From assembly GCA_036867785.1 (NCBI GenBank), contig CP145418.1, forward strand, positions 1,054,001-1,118,000: a stretch of DNA of 64,000 bases, in the 5' to 3' direction. Below, piece by piece: positions 23,776-35,446 of the stretch (position 1 is the first letter of the stretch; the number at the start of each line of letters is the position of its first letter). Made by a program: the position numbers and the translations under genes. The notes beneath the pieces are model-generated. The model saw nothing but the letters and a program-made list of their open reading frames with translations. It was not told the DNA's origin and searched no databases. The stretch is from Plasmodiophora brassicae (Eukaryota).

Positions 23776-24268
23776 CACGAACGGCGATGGCATGATGGAA
23801 TCAATAACCAGAGATAAACGACATCACTGATGAGAAAATTCGAATGAGGACTCTGCCTACGTACCCATCCTTAATTATAACGTCGCTCGGTGAAGCGACA
23901 GTTGCCGACAGTATTGATTACATTGGGATACATCAACGACGTCGTACGCAGATCGCACAAGCGGCAACGTAGTTGACGGTTTACATCGTCCAGGAGAAAG
24001 TCCCATGAGCCGTTAAGCCCAGCTGTGCTTCGCAGATTGGATGCGATGAGCGATGCAGTACCGGCCGAAGTTCAATCGGGTGTAAGTCGAGCAGAACGGT
24101 CAGCTCGTTCACGCGCACACTTCCGCGTTCAGATCGTTGCCACGATCTCGTCCGCCATCCTTTGAGTGCTGCCCGCCTTTTTAACTTCTAGACTAGCACA
24201 GCGACGCCCTTCGCCTGAAACGCGTCCCGAATCGCCATTCGAGTAGCGTCGAGGCGGCATCGTTCGTG
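23776..24268 (+). ncRNA. Candidate large structured RNA (possibly nuclear RNase P RNA)
   Basis: No credible ORF; serial hairpins; end-to-end pairing cacgaacg/cgttcgtg; P4-like pairing ATTCGAATG (23838-23846) with CATTCGAGT (24236-24244). Confidence 0.3.
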
Positions 24269-24516
24269 GCCTGCTGGTGACACGGCTCTGGAAAAGCATA
24301 TGAAATCACCAGCCTCCGATCCAGCATTCCGCTAGCCCGGTAGGAATGGTGTTCGGTCGTGGGGAGACCGTACCAGTGACAGTCGACGTACGACATTCGT
24401 CAGGCAAAGGATCAACACAGTCGCGGCCGCCCGAATCACCACCCTCCCCGTCAGACCGCCCGAACGAGTCGACCTCACGGCTCGCGGCGGGTACCTTGCG
24501 AGGATGGAATGCAGTA

Positions 24517-25161
24517 TCAAGTCGCTGTATTCTTGAGTGAGACGACCGTGTCCCAGACGCCGTTGTAGATCGAGATTGCCGATCGATTAACGGGTGCGAA
24601 CCCTGCACTTGCCAGCAGCTGATCATGCTCGTCCATCGTTAACGCCGTTCGCCACCGGCCATCGGGCATCGGACCGTCGCCCTCACCGACCGGGAATGTC
24701 GTAAGCATGACGGCGTCAGGCGAGGTCGTTCGGGCGATGTTCGCTAGCGCTTCAGGCAGGTCGCGTTTCGGAATGTGAAATAACGACGCCAGCGCGAACA
24801 CACCGTCGAACTCGATATCGTCCGGAAGCGCAGGGTCCCAGGTGACAGGCGGATCCACGATATCACCGACATGGAACGTGCACGGCGTACGGGAGGACGT
24901 CGCGTTCCTTATCGCGATATCAACCAGATCCCTGCACGGGTCCACGCCAACGACACGACCGGCACCAGCGCGCGCGAACGCGATCGCATCGCGCCCACTC
25001 CCGCATCCGACGTCCAGAAGCGCCTGGAACGGACGCTCGCGATACTCGCTCAGCCGCTCCCGTGCCGTCCGCGCCGCAGCACCCTGCTGTTCCGCCCACG
25101 ACGCGAACGACGTCGCCCGCGCGCCGTAATTCGCCGCTGTCGACGATGTCACTAAACGCAT
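24517..25161 (-). CDS. Class I SAM-dependent methyltransferase, intronless
   Basis: LLDVGCGSGRD motif I, VVGVD, FDGVFALASLFH. Confidence 0.88.
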   Translation of the reverse strand: MRLVTSSTAANYGARATSFASWAEQQGAAARTARERLSEYRERPFQALLDVGCGSGRDAIAFARAGAGRVVGVDPCRDLVDIAIRNATSSRTPCTFHVGDIVDPPVTWDPALPDDIEFDGVFALASLFHIPKRDLPEALANIARTTSPDAVMLTTFPVGEGDGPMPDGRWRTALTMDEHDQLLASAGFAPVNRSAISIYNGVWDTVVSLKNTAT

Positions 25162-25302
25162 TCGTCGATTTTGGAAGTGCCCCGTCCGTACCTTACCTGC
25201 CTAAATGATGCAGGGCACATTCCTCCCGCGCGAATGTGGTTCGCGTCGGCCGGCGCAGCCGCCTTCCCAGTGACGTGACACTGTCAGAGTGTGCAACCTG
25301 CA

Positions 25303-25828
25303 ATGGACCTGGCGCAGAGTGCCAATGGCGGCGAGGTGCTCGTGGCGACGTCGATGGAGAACCAGCACCCGCCGTCGAGCATCATCGACGCGTGTGCATG
25401 CGTTCGCGGTTGTGGATACGGCGGTGATGGCTCAGCGCGGTGTTGCCGTGTTCAGGAACGAGGACACGTACTGGGTCAGCACGGGCCTGTACCCGCAGGA
25501 CCTGCTCGTGGCGTTCGACAAGCCGTCCGTGATCGACCGTCTCGAATGCCGATCCCGACGAGTGAAGCGCATGGCCGTGGAGCGATGCGAAACACCACAG
25601 CCGCTGTCGTTCCAGCCCGTCTGCGAAATCGGTCCCTGTTGCGCAATCGCATACAACGGACAGTATCGCTGACCTCGTCTCGCAGACTTGGAGAGCCACG
25701 ACGGCGAGATCCAGGTGACGTCTCGGCCAGTGATGGCAGCGGCCCGGTACATCAAAATTCGCATCCTGGAAGGGTACGACGATATCGTTGCAGTGCACAA
25801 TGTGGTTGCCGAAGGTCGCCAGACCTAG
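25303..25828 (+). CDS. IFT25: Intraflagellar transport protein 25 (HSPB11), 3 exons
   Basis: GGEVLVATS...HPPSSIID; TYWVSTGLYPQD; DGEIQ...ARYIKIRILEGYDDIVAVHNV. Confidence 0.85.
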
Positions 25829-25917
25829 GCGCTGCCAGGTACATACACAGTCCGCCGTGACTCACGCCGTCAGGCTCTTCCGTTAGTCGTTAGCGTTGTC
25901 CTGCACACAGCGAAGAG

Positions 25918-26689
25918 ATGCCGGTGCCACAGAAAGTGCCGACGTACGACGATGCGCCATACTGCATGGCAGTGATGGGCGCTGCCGGCGTTGGCAAGAC
26001 GGCACTGATTATGCGAGCGGTGACCGGCCAGTTCGTTCCCCGTTATGACCCAACCATCGAGGACGACTTTCGTCACGACACGATCCTGCCCAACTCCAGG
26101 GTGAGCGTTGGCTTCGCTGCCGTGTTATCGTTCATCCCAGCACGTTCTGATCGACGGGTAGACCGGGGCATTACATTTGCTGGACACGGGGGGCAGCCCC
26201 GACCTAGATCCTGCCTTGCGGGAGTCATGGATCGCTCGCTGCCGCTGCTTCGTGCTCGTGTACTCGATCACGTCGCGAGCATCGATGGAATACGCATGCG
26301 ACCTTCGACGTCGAATCGTTGCTGTGCACGGATCCCAGGCTGTGATGTGAGAACGCCGATCCTGTGATTCCCGGGTGACAGGCATACCTAACAGATTTCA
26401 GTGTGCTAGTGTCCAACAAGGCGGACCGCGAACACCAACGAGAAGTCCTGACTGGCGAAGGTCGTCGAACTGGTAAGCCATGCGATGTATAGGTGGCCGA
26501 CCCTGTGGGTTGAACGTTCGTCCAGCGAAATCGTGGGGTTGCCCGTTCTTCGAGGTTAGCGCCATGGACGACAACGCCCAGCACGCGCAGTGCTTCACCG
26601 CCGTTGTCGCCATGGTGACGCGGCCCTCGCCCCCTCGTCGCCGATGGCCCCGGTTCGACCGCCTTCTACGCGTCCTGGGCCGCGCTTGA
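25918..26689 (+). CDS. Ras-family small GTPase (multi-exon), no CaaX
   Basis: GAAGVGKT P-loop, effector loop YDPTIEDDF, LLDTGG, NKAD, FFEVSA; basic amphipathic C-terminus. Confidence 0.85.
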
Positions 26690-26840
26690 CCATTCCAAGT
26701 CCCAAAGGGGGTTCATAAACATCGATGCGTGCTGCATGGTTGGATTCGGCGACGTTGGCGCGTGTCGATGTTAATGGGGTGGCAGCAGCGGCTGCTGTCG
26801 CCTGTCAGTGCAATTCGAAAAGCGGGGCGTCATTTTTCCA

Positions 26841-27763
26841 ATGTCTGCCTCGGCGTTGGGCGTGGAATCGTTGAGAGCGGCGTGCGACGGGGTTGGCCGT
26901 CCGGACCTGGCGAACCTGCTCAGGCGGATCGCGACGGCGGTGGCGGATTCGGATGCCGCCCTGGAGGATCGTCGTGCAGCGCATCGGGTCGCGCAGACGG
27001 CCGCCTGGCGCGCCTCGCTGATCGTCGACGCTGTTGCGTCGTCGTCGCATGCGGACGTTGCAATGCGGGCCCTGCACGACGAATACGTTGGGGATTCCGA
27101 CCCGGGCGCGCCGATCCACTCGGCATCGGCGGCTGCCGACGCGCGGCGGTATTTCAGTGTGATCATCGAGAGTATTCGCGCGTCGCTGGGCGCCTCGGAA
27201 ATGGATGATGCAGACGGTGGTGTCGCGTCTCTGCAGTCGGATATCACGTCGATTCGCAACGAACTTATAGACCAGCGAGCCTCGGTTCGTGCTCGACTGG
27301 CGTCCCTCGATGAGTTGCTGCGGACGGCTATCGACCTGTCCTTAGATCTCGTCAAGTCCCATAAACTCGGCCGGCAGCGCTCTTTAGATGAGACGACCGT
27401 CGATGTCCTTATGCAGCGCACAGTGGCGTTTCAGCTAAAGTTACAATCGATGAATGCTATCCTGCTAAGGGACACATATTCTTCTGCAGCATGCAAAGCG
27501 CTCGACTGTATTCGCCGGGTAAATACGGTGATGGCGACATTGTTGATATACGTCTGAATTTCGTCCATGCGTAGATTCTGCAAGCAAGCATCGAAGCGCA
27601 GAGATCGGCGTTGAATGCAGCACGTCGCCGAGTAGAGCAGTACGAGGGCATCGCTGATTTCGACCACGTCGTCAGCGAGTACTCGGAAGTTACGAGAGCC
27701 ATTGCCGTACATCGCGACCTCCTCAAACAACTGTCTCCGGGGTCAAACGCCCAACCATCATGA
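26841..27763 (+). CDS. HAUS4: HAUS augmin complex subunit 4-like
   Basis: LKLQSMNAILLRDTYS...ALDCIR and last exon EQYEGIADFDHVVSEY resemble the HAUS4 C-terminal coiled-coil region. Confidence 0.6.
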
Positions 27764-28969
27764 TGGTTGGACGAGGGCAGGCCGGTGGTGGGTTCTGAAT
27801 TTGTATGGGCTACACAATATACATTAACTTGGGTACTACAAAGCAGAACACGTTCGATCGTGTGACGCTGCTTACCGATGTCTTCCAACATCAACGGTAC
27901 CATGACAATCGTCCTCGTCGACACCAATGGTTCTGCCAAGCCGGCACAAATGCGCATGGATTTCTTTGCCTAACAAGAGCGAAGAATCTCGGCGAGGTCA
28001 GTGGCACGTATGGCATCAATCGTAACGTCACGCCCTTGAATCTCGACTACGCTGTCTATTCCAGCTTGAAAACAGCAAACAGGGGCCGTATACATGATGT
28101 GCCGACATCCGGCATCCGGCGTGTGCAAAGAACAGGCCCGAGCAGATGCCGCTCCTGCCACGTGCACAGCGTACACTGTACGAAGCGATGTCGGCCCTGT
28201 CCATTCTTGAGTAGCTTGTTTTCGATGGCGAACTCAAATTCTCCTGGGAACTCCAAACGAACAAATCAGACGCCTAGCACCTGTCGCGGGCTGATCAGCT
28301 CATGCTGAGCGCTCCTGCTCCTGCCGAATGACAATGCAGCGGTACTGTTCGATGACGTGCGTCCCGATAAGTGCTGGGGAGCTGTCAAAAATAGCGGCTC
28401 GCAGCATCTGGGAATGGCCGATGGCTCCGTTCGATGCTGAAAATGGCTTGCTTGAACGTTGACCCCACCCCTTAGAATCGACAGACCGGGCAGCGTCTAG
28501 AGCGGGATCCTCGATTTGTCTAGAATAACACGACTTGAAACAGCCGCCATGTACTGCACCATTTGACAGGATACGCACAGTGCTCGATAGCAGGTGCACC
28601 ATCCTAGCAGAAGACCGTTCTGGCGGGGTCCTCGGCGGGGGACCCGCCGCGTGGACCTCGTGTGCCCGTCCATGCGCTCACTCACACACTGCGTCCGTGC
28701 GTGCTAAACGTCATGTACCACGATTGCGCAGCACGATTCAATAACGATAACGTCAATATTGTAAATCGGGCGTTTCCAGGCTGGATGCCCACACGAATTG
28801 CTGCTCGGCTGCCGGGTTGGGAGTGGCCGACTGGCCGCTGGTCGTTCGCGGCAGGTTAGTCGGGCCCCCTTTTCGGCATCCGCACAAGTGCGAAACGTGA
28901 ACTGCAGACTGCTGCACCGAAACTGCGTGGGTCAAAGTCGTCCACCACGACGTTTGGCGGTGAGTAACG

Positions 28970-30642
28970 ATGGCGTCTCCGTCGTCGCCGAAAGCATCCG
29001 CACAGGGGCTCTCAGTGATATCCGAGCTGCTCATCTGCCTGGTCATGTTCAACGAGGGCGTACAGATCCAGCTCATCTACCCAATGGTACGGCTGACTGT
29101 GCGCGTTTGGTCCCGTCTACGCTAACGTCGTGCCGCTCAGTTGAAGAGCAGCGTGGAGTCGTTCTTGACCGCTGAGCAGGGCGTCGAATACGCCGAAGAG
29201 CACGCGCCGGTCTACTCGTTTTGGCTGACGTCCAGCTACTACTTCGCCAGTGCTCTCGCTGGAGTCGTCTACGGTCGCATTGCTGACCGGTTCGGACGGC
29301 GGAAAGCGATCTTGAGCGGCCTGTTCGGCAGGTAAACACTCACTGAAGACATCAATATTGACGCCGACGCTGAAAACGCTGTAGTGTGGGCGCTTCGCTG
29401 CTATTTGCTATCAGCACGTCGTATACGCTCGCATTGACGGCAAGAATCCTGACCGGGTTGCTCGATTGCAACTTGGCAATGTTGAAGGGTCGGTGTTATT
29501 GTGGCAACCGGGTGTTCGCTCTTCGTTGAGTTGAGCTCTGTAGCGTACATTGGCGATGTCACGACTGCGGCCAACCAGTCTCGTGTCACATCGAACGCGA
29601 TGTTGATGTTCGCCCTGGCGGTTGTCGTGTCACCGCTGGTCGGCGGCATGATGTCTGGCGCTTCCTTGCCAGGGCTAGGATATGCACCGTGCTTCTTCCC
29701 GTCTCTGACATCTGCGATTATGTCGTTGACGATTGCGGTCGCGTGTCTGGTACACCTTCCTCGTCTTTGCAGTTGTAGTGTGCGACTGACATTATGTGCT
29801 TGCAGTGGTTTCTTCCTGAGACGCCTTCCTTCCAGTCGCTTCGCGACGAAGTTGTCCAAGCACCCATTGAACATGCATCGGGTAATCGTCAATCGCGCTG
29901 GAGCGTCATTGAGTTCGTCAAGGTTTACCGCCTGGAAGCGACGACAATCCTGTTTTACGGATGGTTTTCGTTCTTCCTTTATGGAACCGATCATGCGTTC
30001 CCATTGTTTACACAGGAGACGAAGGGCCATGGGCTGTCATTGGCGAGAGAGCGAATCGCCTTGTTCTTGATGGCGCAAGGCATAGCTTGGTGCGCTTGCC
30101 AACTAGTCATCTACCCTCCGATTGCTGACCGGTTCGGAAACGTTCGGGCGTTCCAACTTGGATGCCTCATGCTGGCTGTATCGATTCCTGCGGTTTTCCT
30201 GCCGTCGTTGCTTCCCGATGCACAGGCCATGCTCCTTGTGATTGTCATTGTTCGCGGGTTCGGCCAAGGCATCATCTTCACCAGTGTCGTTGTCCTCATC
30301 AACAATTCGTAAGGCGCATTCAATTGAGTTGCGTTCGAGTGGAAATCTGACTCGGCGCGCGTGCACAGCACCACGTGTGCGACGAAAGGTACAGTTGCTG
30401 GCGTGGCACATTCATTCTCAAGCTTATCGCGTGCGTTCGGGATCGTCACAATCGGCGCGCTCTGGTCCTTCGGGAAGGTGAATGCGTGCATGTACCTGCC
30501 CTTTGTCGTGGCGGGCACCTTTCTTGTCGTCCTTGTCGCGGCCTCGTTCGCTCTACCAGGGTCCCTCAGATATCCCAAACCCGAACCAGGTTGCCTGACT
30601 TCGAAAGAAGTGGGTTTGGTAGACATATGTGCAGCCAGTTAA
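28970..30642 (+). CDS. Major facilitator superfamily transporter (multi-exon)
   Basis: Motif A GRIADRFGRRK; second-half PPIADRFG; AYIGDVT; GTVAGVAHSFSSLSRAFG; many TM segments. Confidence 0.88.
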
Positions 30643-30677
30643 CCAGGACTAAACTAAGGAACGATATTTTATCGCGT

Positions 30678-31332
30678 TCATGCAGGCAGCCCTTGAGCAG
30701 GAGGGGCGTCCTCCGCCTTCTCGAGCCGTTCAACGTGGAACTGAAGAGCGCGTACCATATCGTGGGCATGCGATTCGGCGTAACGTGGGATACTGTAGAA
30801 CGGAAACGATGACAAAGCGGTTGCCAGCTGCTGATCGGGCGTCGGCGATGTCTTCATCGCTTTCAGGTCGTCGCGAGTGATGAGGACGCCATCGAGGGAC
30901 GCGGCCACGAACAGGACGTCGCCTGTATCGGCGGCAGGTTTCGCGACTTTCACCATCGCTTTCTGGCCATAGCGATCGCCGTCGAACAGGGACGGCTTCG
31001 TCGTGTACACCAGGGCCGTTGGACCGCGAAGACTTGGTCCCAGGAACGACGCTCGCGTTGGCTGTAGACCGATCCGAGCCACACGAACCTAACGCCCATA
31101 GTGAACCACGACTGCCTGAAGTACACGACACGAAACTAGCAGTGACCTTGACGAGTTTGGCGAAGGCGCCATCCACCTTCCAGGCCTTCCGCGCGGCGTC
31201 CAGCCCGGCCACCGAGTTGAAATGCACGAGCATCAGGATGCGGGACGTCTCGGCGACGTCCCGGACCCATTCCGCCATCGTCTCCTTGCGAAGGCGCGAC
31301 ACGTTGATCCGCTGCAGCATGTACGACGACAT
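30678..31332 (-). CDS. Mitochondrial-type ribosomal protein uL10-like (2 exons)
   Basis: LRGPTALVY, LFVAASLDGVLITRDDLKAMKTSPT resemble bacterial/organellar L10. Confidence 0.6.
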
Positions 31333-31535
31333 GGTCCGCTAACAGTGATGACGCCCCGCGAGTCGCGGCCTAACTGGGCACCACACCACGACAACCCCGT
31401 CGCTTTCGCTGTCCGCGCTTTATGGTGCCCATCGCAATACAATAGGTACCCAGAAGACGGCCTGCGTTGGTAGCAGAGCGGAACAATCGGCCATCGGGAA
31501 GCGCCGCATGGAATGAACAATCGATACGTTTAGAA

Positions 31536-32800
31536 TTAGAGCGGGGACCCGAAGCGTATATATCGCCATAGGGACTGACGCACGGATTCGACGTCCGCAT
31601 CGGATGAGCTGTCCGGTGGGACGCCCCCCAGGTTCCTGTACGCCTGAAGGAGTTCAGATGCGGGCCGCTGCTGGATGGATTGCTCGGTGAGGCCAATGGC
31701 GGCCATGAACAGCGATCTGGATCGGCCGTATAGTTTACGGTTCACTGTTGGACGAAAGTTTCAAATCAGACACGGGGCGACGGACGGAGAGGATGGGCCG
31801 AGTGGAACGCACCCTTGTTAAGCAGTCGCACGTTTGCATCAGTCCAGGCACCGAAGACGCAGGCAATGCGACGCTTCTCCACATGTAGAACGGCCAGCGT
31901 TGATGTGACTTTCACCTCGCGACGCTTCATTCGGAGCGACTCCTTTTCGACCTGAAACGGCGCACTTGCCTTAGTGGGTATAGTCATACAAGCACCCCGA
32001 ACACGCTCAGTGCAGACATCCGCTTTCCTCGTCATGTACGCGGTCAGGTCTCGCGGCGATAGGCAGCGCTCAACTTGGTTCTTTAGGCTGAGAGACGGCA
32101 CAGGATCCCTGGTAACAGGCGTCCTGCAGACGGGACCTATGTAGGTCGTTACCAATCCAAGAGTACTCTCGAGAGTTACATGGAGGCCTTCTACATACAC
32201 TCGCAATTCTGTCTCAGCCATAACTCGATACATGACTGACAGAACGAATGTGAGCACTGGAACGTGAGCGGGTCGAGATAGGGCTCCAAGCAAATGCTGT
32301 GGCCGTCAAGCAGGTACACTCAGAAGACCAACAGAACAAGACGGGTGCACCCGATACCTGCACGTCAGTTCATACATGATGTCTTGCCGTTTGCTAACCC
32401 GAACATCGTCGGCGTCGGGTTCATCATTGGAGCTTCGTTTCCGCTTGGTGCCGACCCGATCCGAAGTGGCGTTGTCAGGGGGGCACTCTGCAGGGGACTC
32501 CTCGAACACGAATCCGAAACGGCACCGTTCGACGAACGATATGACGTCATTCGGTTTCAGGATATGGCGTTTGCGCAGGACGCCGTTCACGTAAAGACCA
32601 TTGGTTGACGACAGGTCCCCGATGACCCACTCGTGGCGCTCGGTCAGTGTGATCACGGCATGCGTCCTCGATATCTTTGTCGAATCGCCGACGACGACGT
32701 CGGTCCTCGCTTCCGACCGGCCCAGAACGATGCCCCGGGACCGCGCCACCGGTTCCTGCAGCTCGACGCATCGCCCGGAACTCAGACGGCGCAGGCGCAT
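31536..32800 (-). CDS. FHA + RING E3 ubiquitin ligase (RNF8/CHFR-like), multi-exon
   Basis: FHA motifs LGRS, ISRTHA, DLSSTNGLYVNG; RING split over exons (ELTC...CSHxFCQSCI..W...CPVCR). Confidence 0.8.
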
Positions 32801-33135
32801 GGCGCGCGGGCTCGACGGCGCTCTCGTTGGCGGCCGCGACAGCAGTCCCAGGCCCATCCCACCGAACGCGACTGCGCCAATGAAAACTTCGCGCAGCCGC
32901 GCCCCCACGGCCACAACAATGCCCTCCCGAAAGTTCAGTGCGGCCGTGACTCCCGGCGCTGTGTGCAGCTCGCAGTCAGCTGACCGCCGAACTGCGGCCC
33001 GCACGTCGAGGTTTCCAGAAATTAACGTTTGGCGGGTTGGGAGGAGGGCGGCAGGGCAACGGCCATGTCGTCGGCTCGGTTTCGGCACGTATTTTTGGCA
33101 CTGAAGGGCAAACCGCGAACGTCGTTCGGTCGGTG

Positions 33136-35351
33136 ATGATGGCCGGCGTCGTCAGGCAGCGCGCGTTGCTGCCCGTGCTCGGGCTGGCAGGGGCGGCGAT
33201 TGGTGGAGCGGCGGCGTATGTCGTCGCGAATGACGAGGGGCTGGTGCGCTCGACGATTTTCTGGTAAGCGGGCGAGCGCGTATGCGGAGAGCGGTCCCCT
33301 CGGATGCCAATCGCCGCCAGGACCCGGGCGATGCCGGTATATGGCCACTATCGAGCCGTGCAGTGGTGGGTCAAGGATAAGCCCGATGCGGAGCAGGACG
33401 AGGCATTCAATGCGTTGCACGACCGGTACGCCCACGTCATGGAGAAACTCGTTTATGATTTGAGGTACGCGCGCGGTCGATCCCCATTTCGGTGTCAGCG
33501 TCTTAGGACATCCAATTAGAGGGTTCTACATGAAACTGGCCCAGGTTGCTGTTCCTCACTTGTTTGTAGTACTATCAGGGGGTTCACGTTCGATTGCCTA
33601 TTCGTAGATCGGATCTACAAGAGACGAATTCCTGCCGAAGCAGTTAGCGAACCATTTGCTTTGCCCAGGCGCCAGGGCGTCTTACAATGCGATAGGTATA
33701 TGGACTGGGCGAAACGAATGCAAGATGAAGCGCCGTCACCCATGACCGACGAGGACGTTCGGCATATCATTGAACGAGAACTTCAGGCCCCCATCGAGAG
33801 CGTGTTTGACGATTTCGATTTCGCGCCGATCGGGTGCGCAAGCATCGGCCAGGTGCACAAAGCGAAACTGAAAGACGGCCGCCCGGTTGCAATCAAGGTT
33901 CAGATACCGGGTATCGAAGCCAAGTTCCGCAATGACATCGCGACAGCGAAGCGGTCTGTCCTTGTACTTCATCACGTGTCGTTCGCTCTTGAACATTCGT
34001 GACGACAGGTTCTGTGAGATTGCGCAGCCGGCACATCTCGGCTACATGAATGAAATCGAGAAACAGTTCTTGACCGAGTTCGATTATCGTCGCGAAGCCG
34101 AAAATATGGCGCTGATCAGGAAGAATATCTTGCCCGTTTGGGGCCATAAAGTGGACATCCCCGAGCCTTACCTGGACCTGTGCACGTAAGTTGCGGCGTA
34201 TGGTCACTGGAGGCAACGAAATACTAACCTGGGTCTATGATCAGAACGCATATGCTCGTGATGGAGTTAATGCATGGGCGGAAACTGATCGATGGGATCC
34301 GTGATCAGTACAAGAAAATCGCAAAGCAGATGGGCAAGACTCTTCACGAGCTTGAGGACGAACAGAGGCAGAAGATCAGCCTTGGTCAGCGCCATGTAGT
34401 TTCTGTTTCCGGTTTCTCTGAACCCGGATGATGTACAGGGGTTGTTAAGCCTCAATCGTTATGGGAGAGCTGGTTTCGCGTGACCGTCGCTAACTGCTTC
34501 CTGACTATAATGGATGTAATCCATAATACCTTTGCATTCACGATGAACCAAACCGCTGTTCGAATCGGTTTGGCGCGCCCGCGAGAATACAGGTTTGCCT
34601 GGATGTCAGCTCCGTTATATGTTTTGTCTCATAGCGATCATGTGTTGAGGTGGTCGGAGAAGCAAATTAACTTATCAGCAATCCTGAACCTGCTGTTAAC
34701 AGTGCATGCGCACCAAATATTTATCGATGGTCAGCAACCCCTTTCCGCTGGCTGCGCCGGTTTCCTATTCACTGGCATTTAGGGGCCTTCAATGGCGACC
34801 CCCACCCGGGAAACATTATGCTGCTGAAGAACGGCAAGGTGGGCCTGATAGATTTCGGGCAGGTCAAGCACATCTCCAAAGAGACCAGGCTCAGCCTTGC
34901 ACGGCTCATTAAGGCCATTGCTGACGAGGACAGGCCCGCTGTGCTGCGAGCGATGCATGAGGGCGGGTACCAAGCGAAGAACAATATTGATGACATCACG
35001 TACAGGTAGCTTGACGGCTAGCTGAGCGGGCCGTGCTCGCATTGTTCTGAATGGGGGTCTGTTTAGACGCGCTCTGTTCTTCTTCGATCGTGATAGCGCC
35101 GACGGTTAGGCGATTCGTGTGTCGACTTGTTCGGTCTACTCAATTCACGTGCAGTACTGGGCGGCTTGAACTTGCAAATGTTCATGGAGGAGACGGAACG
35201 AGTGGATCCTATCACTGAACAGGACGACGAGCTCGTCATGGCATCACGCGTTTCCCTCTTACTTCGAGGGCTGGGCAATGCGTTTAACATTAAGTTACGT
35301 GTGGCGACCGTCTGGAAGCCGTTCGCTGAGCGCTGCATACGGTCCGCATAA
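33136..35351 (+). CDS. ABC1/UbiB (ADCK) atypical protein kinase, multi-exon
   Basis: KLAQ, ASIGQVHKA, VAIKVQ, EFDYRREA, NGDPHPGN, IDFG. Confidence 0.9.
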
Positions 35352-35446
35352 TGAAACCATCAACGTCACCACGTGGCTGAATGGCATGATAGCGGCTGGG
35401 CGTATGTACGAAGAGCACGATACCGCTCCGTTATCTGACCGGTTGT

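Noticed and set aside
23990-24010. GGAGAAAGTCCC resembling RNase MRP CR-I
   Set aside because: No complementary downstream P4 strand (GGGxCT-type CR-V) was found
18243-25279. GTGACGTGAC at 18243 and 25270 upstream of genes
   Set aside because: Only two exact copies of a short motif; plausible bZIP-type site but not distinguishable from chance here
27780-28600. Possible minus-strand gene (fragments AGIDSVVEIQGRDV, EFEFAIENKLL)
   Set aside because: Could not build a consistent spliced model or recognise a family
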